From a virus (lineage: Duplodnaviria > Caudoviricetes), in IMG/VR virus record IMGVR_UViG_3300007960_000021, positions 1 through 63,451 of that record: 63,451 bases of DNA. The stretch is one strand, 5' to 3'. Position numbers and translations under genes: made by a program. The notes beneath the pieces were generated by a model that was not told where the DNA came from, did not search any database, and saw nothing but the letters and a program-made list of their open reading frames with translations. Of this stretch, positions 56,950 to 63,451 are shown one piece after another (position 1 is the first letter of the stretch; every line of letters starts with the position of its first letter).

Positions 56950-57610
56950 AAGAGCGGGGATTACCCTTTCGGGTATGAAAGCAATTCCAGGGCAGGCAGA
57001 GCCGAGCGTACCTATCACCACTTGATCCGGAACGAATCAAGCACCGATAAGCGCAGGCCAAAGATGACCGGACCAAGTTGTCCTAGTAGTCGAGGTGACG
57101 TTCACAAAGCTAGTAGACCTACTCTTCAATGAGTTGAGTTCAGCCAACGTCCCATCGGGACGGGCAACATGGCAAGAGGGTATGAAAAGCGCCGACTTCC
57201 ACAGGAAAGAAACGGACCCCAACGATCCACCGGATCGCCATAACGCCCAAAAGAACTTGACGACGACTTGAACGATATGACAGCGCGGTAGGCCGGGAAA
57301 GCAGTCCACGTAGACAAGACAGGGCATTCGCAACATCGCATGAGATACGCGGTGTCCGATATGCGTGACGTTTCCTGGTTGGGCAAAGCGGTCGAAACTC
57401 AAGTCGCATCATTACGGCAGGGGATGTTCGGAAAAACGACAAGGAAGTGCGTGCAGTTCGCGGAAACGAACGAATCGCGATAGTCGCCAGCATTCACCGT
57501 CAAGACGAAACTCATTGAGGCCACTTGTGAGGCGTAGGTTAGAGGTTATCCGAACGCGCTACGGCGCGCGGGACCGATAGCATACTAGCGAAGAATCGAA
57601 CTTAAAATCG
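56950..57610 (+). ncRNA. Candidate large structured non-coding RNA (~650 nt; ends approximate)
   Basis: No credible ORF; six nested long-range helices with G-U pairs favouring the + strand, plus local hairpins. Confidence 0.65.
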
Positions 57611-57720
57611 AATTGCCCGCCATGCGTGACGTATCGCGGGTAATGCAACCGTTTGGCATCGGTTGCCTGATGATGACAGCCAAAGTTCAGTTTCCAGTTT
57701 CTTTGCGAGGAGTTTCAGTT

Positions 57721-58047
57721 ATGTCCAGCAGCAACAGCAGCAACCGCGTCGTCGTCGAATTCGTCAGCATCCCGGTCAGCGAAGTGCGTGTCGTTTCGCC
57801 GGAGATGGTTGAAGTTACGGATCGACAGAAAAACGTCCGCCTCTCGCTTCGTACGATCGGCGGCAACATCAAGCACCTCTATGCGAGGAGTTACAAGACG
57901 GACGGGGAGTTCGCAGTAGTCGTAACCGAGGATGCGTGTCGTTACCGGCGTGCTCGGATCATCGACGCGAAGGAAAGGGCAGACGGAGTAATCGTCCGCA
58001 CGCTTCGCATTCCGGCCGACGGAATCGTCAAGGTCGTCAGTGCGTGA
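57721..58047 (+). CDS. Hypothetical protein, paralogous to C-terminus of next gene
   Basis: GAGGAG RBS; RTIGGN...RRAR.ID...LRIPAD.IV.V. Confidence 0.7.
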   Translation: MSSSNSSNRVVVEFVSIPVSEVRVVSPEMVEVTDRQKNVRLSLRTIGGNIKHLYARSYKTDGEFAVVVTEDACRYRRARIIDAKERADGVIVRTLRIPADGIVKVVSA

Positions 58048-58072
58048 AGTTCCGGAGGCTTTGTTTGAGTTC

Positions 58073-58110
58073 AGCGACGCGGGGCGTTATCCCCGCGTCG
58101 CTTCGTTTTT
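58073..58110 (+). terminator. Intrinsic terminator-like hairpin
   Basis: AGCGACGCGGGG-loop-CCCCGCGTCGCT followed by TCGTTTTT. Confidence 0.65.
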
Positions 58111-58143
58111 AGTTTTCAGTTTTCTATGCGAGGAATTACAGCG

Positions 58144-59301
58144 ATGGCAAAGGCAACCAAGAGCAGCAGCGGCACCGTCAATGCGATGAATCTCACCGTC
58201 AAGGCGGTCAAGGTAAACAAACGGCTCAGCCGCGAGACTGATTGCTTCAGTGCGAGCATTTACCTCGACGGCAAGAAGGTCGGGACGGTTATCAACGAAG
58301 GATCGGGCGGCCCGAACTTCTATGAGTGGAGTTCGCAATCGCAAGGCCGCGACATTGAAGCATTTGCAAAGTCGATCGGCAAGTTTCAATTCGGCGAGGG
58401 AGAGGACGCCTTTGAGTTGAGTTACGACCTCGACCTCCTGATTGAAGACATCATCTGTGGCGAGACGGCGCAGCAAGTCGTCGATAAAGTCGCGCAGTAC
58501 AACGCCAGCAAGAGCAAGAGCAAGAAGTCCGAAGTGAGTGAAGTTTCCGTTTCCAAGTCCAAGTCCAAGAAGGGGAATGAGATGAGTTCCAAGTCCAAGT
58601 CGTCCGCTACCGTTACCGTTTCCGAGTCCAAGAGCAAGAAGGAAGACAAGATGACCAAGACTGAGACCGCAGTGAGTGTCGTTTCCGCCCGCGATGGCAT
58701 CATCGAACGGCTCGCCGCAGAGTTCGCGCCGCATGAATTCCACTTGTCCAGCAATCCGGAATCGCGACGCGCCAAGAAGATCGACGACGTCGGCCCCGTC
58801 TACTTGTGGGACGACAATGCCGCAGTGCGTGACGTTATGGGCCAATTGACGATCGACGGCACGGTCACGAAGCCGCAGATCACGGATGAACTCACGGAAG
58901 AGGCGTTCACGACGTACAAGAAGTGCGTGAAGTACTTCCTCGCTTGCCGCGAGGAACTCGTCGGAGAGGACGCCGACACAGTCGGAGAGTACGTAGCGGC
59001 GGATGATGATGCTGCTGCTGCTGAGCACTCCCCTCGGCACACCTACCGAGTTCCCGAACCGGAACTGGGTGAAGTTAGCCGAGAGAAGGCCGACGTCACG
59101 GTTACGATTCGCACGATCGGCGGGAACACCAAGAACTTCCGTGCGATGAGTTTCGTCCAAGGTGAGGAGGTTTGCGTAGTCGAAACGAAGGACACGGAGT
59201 TCAAGTTCCGCCGGGCGCGCACGATCGACGTGCGTGACGTTAAGGGCGAGAAGGTCCGCCGTCTCCGCATTCCGGCCGACGCAATCGTCCGCGTCGGCTA
59301 G
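58144..59301 (+). CDS. Multidomain early protein
   Basis: N-terminal SRETDCFSASIYLDGKKVG...NEGSGG domain; SKSKSKK linkers; C-terminal RTIGGN paralog domain. Confidence 0.7.
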   Translation: MAKATKSSSGTVNAMNLTVKAVKVNKRLSRETDCFSASIYLDGKKVGTVINEGSGGPNFYEWSSQSQGRDIEAFAKSIGKFQFGEGEDAFELSYDLDLLIEDIICGETAQQVVDKVAQYNASKSKSKKSEVSEVSVSKSKSKKGNEMSSKSKSSATVTVSESKSKKEDKMTKTETAVSVVSARDGIIERLAAEFAPHEFHLSSNPESRRAKKIDDVGPVYLWDDNAAVRDVMGQLTIDGTVTKPQITDELTEEAFTTYKKCVKYFLACREELVGEDADTVGEYVAADDDAAAAEHSPRHTYRVPEPELGEVSREKADVTVTIRTIGGNTKNFRAMSFVQGEEVCVVETKDTEFKFRRARTIDVRDVKGEKVRRLRIPADAIVRVG

Positions 59302-59335
59302 TGCGTGTCGTTCGGCAGGGTTAGTTAGTTCGGTT

Positions 59336-59375
59336 AAGCGGCGGTCGGGTTTTCCCGGCCGCCGCTTTCGTTTTA
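59336..59375 (+). terminator. Intrinsic terminator-like hairpin
   Basis: AAGCGGCGGTCGGG-TTTT-CCCGGCCGCCGCTT followed by TCGTTTT. Confidence 0.7.
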
Positions 59376-59425
59376 GCCCGACGGCAATGCGTGCAGTTGG
59401 GCGGTTTATGACAAGGGGATATGAC

Positions 59426-59887
59426 ATGCTGGCAATCGGCGAGAAAACAAGGGTTCGGGGAAGCGCTGGCAACCGATATGAAATCCGACGGGTCGAGAAG
59501 CATACGAGTCCGAGCGGATTTATGTGCTCCTGCCTTGCGTGGCGTTTCAATCCCGAACGGATGTGCAAGCACATCCAGCGATTCCGCAGCGGAGTCGAGA
59601 CCGCGAGCATGAAGGGCGTTGCGGACGAGATGCGAGATGCGGTCGGCAAGAGCGGCCGCGCGTTTCGCGTACAAGAGTCGTTCGCGGTTGACTACATGAA
59701 GGAACATGAAATCGACCGCAAGCAGTTTCCGGCCAAGGATGGCGACTTTGTGGGCGTCGTTATCGGCAAGCGGGAGTTCATCTTCTACCGATGGATGAAT
59801 GACGGCCGATGGTATCTGTTGAAGGCAGGCCGCGAGATGTACGGATATGACTCGGCGGAATCGGCCTTCAAGTACGGTCGCCGGTAG
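59426..59887 (+). CDS. SWIM zinc-finger protein
   Basis: GSAGNRYEI...CSCLAWRF....CKHI. Confidence 0.75.
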   Translation: MLAIGEKTRVRGSAGNRYEIRRVEKHTSPSGFMCSCLAWRFNPERMCKHIQRFRSGVETASMKGVADEMRDAVGKSGRAFRVQESFAVDYMKEHEIDRKQFPAKDGDFVGVVIGKREFIFYRWMNDGRWYLLKAGREMYGYDSAESAFKYGRR

Positions 59888-59945
59888 CAGTCCGCCAGTG
59901 CGTGTCGTTCGGTTTCAGTTTCACCGTTATCTAGGGAGTTTTCAA

Positions 59946-60377
59946 ATGTTAAATCAGAATCACTTGTTCCGCCTGTTTAAGGATGGCGTCGTCAAGGCAA
60001 CCGACAATCCTTGCGAGCAATGGGAAGCGGATGAGCTTACCGAAGCGGATGCCGTCGAAGAGTTTCGCAAGCATTGGCACTTCAACTGCGGCGGGTCGTC
60101 TCGGTTTGCGGGCATCAACGACGTCTCGTATGCCGATCTGGTTGCAGCGCTCGGCAGTCCGGAAGATGGATCGAAGCGTTCGAGTGACGGCAAGGTCACG
60201 TTCTGGTGGCACATCATCTTTGCGGACGACGATGAGGAGTATGCGATCCTCACGATTCGCAACTACAAGAGCACGAAGCGAGACAACTTCTTCAGCGTTG
60301 CATTGAACTATGGCAGCGCTGAGACCGGCTTGAGGGCTTTGCATTCGATCTTCGGCAAGAAGCGAGTCACCAGCTAG
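59946..60377 (+). CDS. Hypothetical early protein
   Basis: GGGAG RBS; SYADLVAALGSP...DGKVTFWW...TIRNYK. Confidence 0.6.
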   Translation: MLNQNHLFRLFKDGVVKATDNPCEQWEADELTEADAVEEFRKHWHFNCGGSSRFAGINDVSYADLVAALGSPEDGSKRSSDGKVTFWWHIIFADDDEEYAILTIRNYKSTKRDNFFSVALNYGSAETGLRALHSIFGKKRVTS

Positions 60378-60443
60378 GGGCGTCAGTGCGTGTCGTTACG
60401 GTTCGTTTTGTTTGTTTCACAGCTTAGACAGAGAGATTTAGCG

Positions 60444-60659
60444 ATGGCGAAGAAAGCAGTAAAGAAGGCGACGACGAAGAAGAAGCTGGTCGGCGTCACG
60501 ATGTCCGAATGGAACGGCAAGCCGATGATGATACTTGGTGATCCGGAGTCGCGGTTTCCGTTTCAATTCCAGAAGCACAAGGCGCAGTTGATCCTCGATG
60601 CCATCGAGAAGAACGGAGTCGAAGCGTTCAAGGATGCGCTACGCAAGGTCATTGGCTGA
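60444..60659 (+). CDS. Small hypothetical protein
   Basis: EWNGKPM...RFPFQF...KAQLIL. Confidence 0.6.
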   Translation: MAKKAVKKATTKKKLVGVTMSEWNGKPMMILGDPESRFPFQFQKHKAQLILDAIEKNGVEAFKDALRKVIG

Positions 60660-60679
60660 TCTGGCGTGCGTGACGTTAC

Positions 60680-60716
60680 AGGGGCGGTCGGCAGTCCGGC
60701 CGCCCCTTTTTGTTTT
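60680..60716 (+). terminator. Intrinsic terminator-like hairpin
   Basis: GGGGCGGTCGG-CAGT-CCGGCCGCCCC followed by TTTTTGTTTT. Confidence 0.7.
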
Positions 60717-60743
60717 GACATCAGTTTCCGCAGGAGAGTACAG

Positions 60744-61172
60744 ATGAACGTGACGATTAACGGCTTCGAGTTGAAGGGCGTATTGAAGAACGACTTGATA
60801 TTCCCTCAGCCGAATGCGAAGGACCCGATCGCAAGGGACTCGAAAGGGCACATGCTGATGTTCGACCTCTACTACACAAAGCGGTTTGGCTGGTGCGTGA
60901 AGACTCTCGGAATCAGCCGGGGAAAGGCGGGGCGGGAAGACCGCACCTACGGATGGTCGCTGAAAGACAACGGCTTGGTGACGATGGGCAACGGGCCGCA
61001 CGTACTCGCGAAGGCGACGGTTTATGTCCGAGAGAGTCGGCGGGAGAAGTTGGCGTTTCTGCTTGAGGCGTTTGAGACCGGCATGGTTGCGGCGTGCGAA
61101 TACCGCGACAGGCTAAGCACGAATCGAGCGCGGGGCCGGGCGCGTCGCGCGTCATGGCCGTCGTGGATGTAG
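60744..61172 (+). CDS. Hypothetical early protein
   Basis: AGGAG RBS. Confidence 0.6.
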   Translation: MNVTINGFELKGVLKNDLIFPQPNAKDPIARDSKGHMLMFDLYYTKRFGWCVKTLGISRGKAGREDRTYGWSLKDNGLVTMGNGPHVLAKATVYVRESRREKLAFLLEAFETGMVAACEYRDRLSTNRARGRARRASWPSWM

Positions 61173-61173
61173 C

Positions 61174-61189
61174 GTCTCAGTAATGAGAC
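61174..61189 (-). repeat. 16-bp palindrome, perfect copy, reverse orientation, intergenic
   Basis: GTCTCAGTAATGAGAC just after a stop codon. Confidence 0.95.
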
Positions 61190-61229
61190 AGGCGTAGTTT
61201 TGTTTCCAGCGTGCAGTTAGGGGTTCAAG

Positions 61230-62687
61230 ATGGCACACATCACAATTGGTCCGGAGTTCTTTGCAAAGGCGAAGAACGACTACGGATGCTGGCAATGGGC
61301 GATCGTCCGAGAGTTCATGCAGAACTGCATGGACGCGCCAAGGACTTCGTCTATCGAGGTCGGCATTGAAGAGAAGGTCATTGACGGACATGACAAGACC
61401 GTATTGACCGTCGCCAACAACGGGGAGCCGATGTCGCGTGACGTTCTCGTCGATAAGCTGCTGGCACTCGGCGGAAGCGCCAAGGCGGCCGGTTCGGTTG
61501 GCGGATTTGGCAAGGCAAAAGAGATTTTGTACTTTTGCCACGACTCGTACCAGATCGAGACGGGCACGTTTGCCGTACTCGGAAGAGGCGCGGAGTACGA
61601 GATTGACGAAATTCCGATGCTCAAGGGGACGAGGAGTACCGTCGTCATTGACGGCGCGGTGAAGGCGAGTCTGATTGCGATGTTCGACAGGTTCGCAGAC
61701 GAATGCTACTGGCAAGGCTCATTGACGGTCGATGGAACTCGCCTCCATTGCAAGAGGGACGTCGGCGAGAACGTCAGGACTTATGATTGGGGCGAGGTCT
61801 TCGCCGCAGACATGGAGTCCCCGGAGGATGACGGTCGGCTGCTAGTCAGGATTGACGGGAAGCCGATGTTTCGCCGCTCGATCAGGGCAGCGAAGGACGT
61901 CATTGTCGAGTTGAGCCAGGACTCCGTAATCGTACTCCAGTCGTCGCGGGACTCGATGAAGTATCAATACCAGCAAGAACTCAATTGTTTCATTGAGGAG
62001 ATTGCGATTGACACTTCGTCGTCTCTTCGCCGGAAGGACCCAGAGGTTACGGTTTATGCTGGCGACAAGCTTGGGCTCACCATCCCCGACGGCGTTGACG
62101 CAAGGGCGGAAATGGCGTTCCTGATTGAGCATTTGCCGAAGGCGGACTTCCGCAGGCAGGTTGCGATTGCTGCGAGCAGTTCTCAGCAAGTCAAGGCCAC
62201 GGCTGTCAGGGTCTCTTCGCTTGGACATGAGTTCATCCTCAAAAACTCGTTCAAAGGCGCGACTCCGATGGGATACGCGCCGGATGAATTCAACCGTTAC
62301 GCTCGGAGCGTCGCGTTAAGTTGGACTCGCATCATGCTCCTTATCTGGAAGCTGTTCGACGAGCAGCTTGACTTCTCGGTTGGGTTCATCTTTGATCCAG
62401 ACCGAGTCGCAGAGTACGACAGGGATGCTGTCAATGGCCGCGTGTTCTATATCAATCCGTTTGAGACGGGAGAGGAGGGATACGAGAAGAGGATTTCCAG
62501 ATGGTCGCTAACGACTCGGCATAAATGGGAGATGCTGGCGACGGCAGGGCACGAGTATTGCCATTATGCCGGGTTTGACTATCACGACGAATCGTTCACC
62601 AGCTACTACACGTTGAAGGTCGAGCCGGTACTTCACCATCACTCGGCAGAGTTTGCGAAGTGTTTTAAGAATCCGCGTTCCAAGTAG
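61230..62687 (+). CDS. GHKL (HATPase_c) ATPase fused to HExxH metallopeptidase-like domain
   Basis: REFMQNCMDA, NNGEPM, GGSAK, VGGFGKAK, GT; C-terminal GHEYCH....HDESF. Confidence 0.8.
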   Translation: MAHITIGPEFFAKAKNDYGCWQWAIVREFMQNCMDAPRTSSIEVGIEEKVIDGHDKTVLTVANNGEPMSRDVLVDKLLALGGSAKAAGSVGGFGKAKEILYFCHDSYQIETGTFAVLGRGAEYEIDEIPMLKGTRSTVVIDGAVKASLIAMFDRFADECYWQGSLTVDGTRLHCKRDVGENVRTYDWGEVFAADMESPEDDGRLLVRIDGKPMFRRSIRAAKDVIVELSQDSVIVLQSSRDSMKYQYQQELNCFIEEIAIDTSSSLRRKDPEVTVYAGDKLGLTIPDGVDARAEMAFLIEHLPKADFRRQVAIAASSSQQVKATAVRVSSLGHEFILKNSFKGATPMGYAPDEFNRYARSVALSWTRIMLLIWKLFDEQLDFSVGFIFDPDRVAEYDRDAVNGRVFYINPFETGEEGYEKRISRWSLTTRHKWEMLATAGHEYCHYAGFDYHDESFTSYYTLKVEPVLHHHSAEFAKCFKNPRSK

Positions 62688-62701
62688 TTTCAGTTTTGGA
62701 G

Positions 62702-63379
62702 ATGGACATGAAGACGATCGAGAAGCGACAACTCACGAATCCCCGCGACGGCAAGGTCATTTTGACCGACATGGACGACGTAGCGGCGATTACCGAACTG
62801 CGTGCAGTTCCAGGGGAGTTCCCGAAGAGTTTGATTACGTCCTTCGACACAAAGGGCAGGCTCTCGGAGTCTCAATGGTTCTGGGCGCACAAGCTTGTCC
62901 TCGACAACCGCCGCAAGGCGTCAAGCGTTTCGTCTGGCGGCGATATGCTCAAGCCGGGGTCGCACGCCAGAATCTCGCAGCTCTTTGACACGGCGGCGGA
63001 AGGCGGACTGAAGCGTCCCCGCATCACCATTCGGCACAACGAGCATGAGCTTCTGTTTACCATTGCCGGATCGGGGTCGAAGTTTCCCGGCGCCGTCAAC
63101 GTCATGTCGCCGGGAGCGTTTGGAGAGCGGACTTGGTTCGGGCGGCTTCTTGACAGCGACTTGCTCCACCGGAGCGCGGATTGCACGGACGCAATCGCAG
63201 GGATCGTCGCGGAGTTCGCGGATGACCCGATTGAGTTCGCGGCGACGCACGGAAGGCGATCGGGGTTCTGCTGCTTTTGCGGCAGAGAGTTGACGACCGA
63301 CGAGAGCACTTCGGTCGGATATGGCCCGGTATGCGCCGAGCGATGGGGGCTTCCTTGGGGGAGCAAGACGGCGAGCTAG
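62702..63379 (+). CDS. DUF6011-like Zn-finger protein
   Basis: CCFCGRELTTDESTSVGYGPVCAERWG. Confidence 0.7.
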   Translation: MDMKTIEKRQLTNPRDGKVILTDMDDVAAITELRAVPGEFPKSLITSFDTKGRLSESQWFWAHKLVLDNRRKASSVSSGGDMLKPGSHARISQLFDTAAEGGLKRPRITIRHNEHELLFTIAGSGSKFPGAVNVMSPGAFGERTWFGRLLDSDLLHRSADCTDAIAGIVAEFADDPIEFAATHGRRSGFCCFCGRELTTDESTSVGYGPVCAERWGLPWGSKTAS

Positions 63380-63433
63380 TTGGTACAATTACTTGGTTTC
63401 GTTTCGCGTGTTCTTTAGCAAAAGGGGTTAGCG

Positions 63434-63451
63434 ATGGCAGTTGGCGAGAAG
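63434..63451 (+). CDS. Start of a 3'-truncated gene (MAVGEK...)
   Basis: AAGGGG RBS and ATG at the window edge. Confidence 0.45.

Larger units (their letters stand above)
56801..62809 (+). repeat. Strand-polar 12-mer array RTGCGTG(A/T/C)(C/A)GTT, about 19 copies including near variants
   Basis: Starts at 56801, 57361, 57447, 57622, 57784, 57932, 58040, 58825, 58923, 59230, 59301, 59387, 59898, 60386, 60666; variants at 58534, 58672, 61207, 62798. Confidence 0.85.

Noticed and set aside
56950-57610. Group I intron
   Set aside because: It does not interrupt an identifiable gene, and I could not place P/Q/R/S elements in the right order. Kept only as an unclassified structured RNA.
1605-61189. 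Palindrome as a Golden Gate cloning scar or adapter artefact
   Set aside because: The base 5' of GTCTC varies, degenerate copies exist, and several copies are read in-frame inside intact genes. A natural origin is more likely, though read-level checking is still advisable.
56801-62809. 12-mer array as a CRISPR array
   Set aside because: Repeats are too short, degenerate, irregularly spaced and often inside ORFs; no cas genes are present.

Overview
The window is most of a GC-rich tailed dsDNA phage genome (or prophage interior; no integrase or host genes seen). Essentially all credible genes are on the + strand. A Planctomycetota-like host is a weak inference from the secreted CxxCH proteins. 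Gene order: 5'-truncated terminase large subunit; small accessory genes and a structured regulatory RNA leader (~6.0-6.5 kb); Mu-like head protease/scaffold, decoration protein, major capsid, neck and tail genes; a -1 frameshift tail chaperone pair; a ~15 kb block (22.6-37.4 kb) bounded by an enlarged portal and an enlarged MuF/gp7 protein; tail-tip protein; a putative non-canonical lysis/envelope cluster; recombination/replication genes; tail fibre genes; a ~1.4 kb non-coding gap; and small early-type genes. Main highlights: (1) In the portal-to-MuF block, unrelated enzymes (Acb1-like 2H phosphoesterase, three R-S-ExE ADP-ribosyltransferases, topoisomerase IB, GNAT) mostly carry one of two shared peptide tags, each preceded by an [R/K]-[F/M/L]-[S/A/G] motif. 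This suggests a modular, protease-processed virion cargo system. (2) A ~650 nt candidate large ncRNA with six nested long-range helices. (3) A C4/CI-like antisense hairpin complementary to the RBS and start codon of a distant gene. (4) A genome-wide 16-bp palindrome GTCTCATTACTGAGAC and a strand-polar 12-mer array concentrated in the early region. All protein calls come from motif recognition by eye; no database searches were run.
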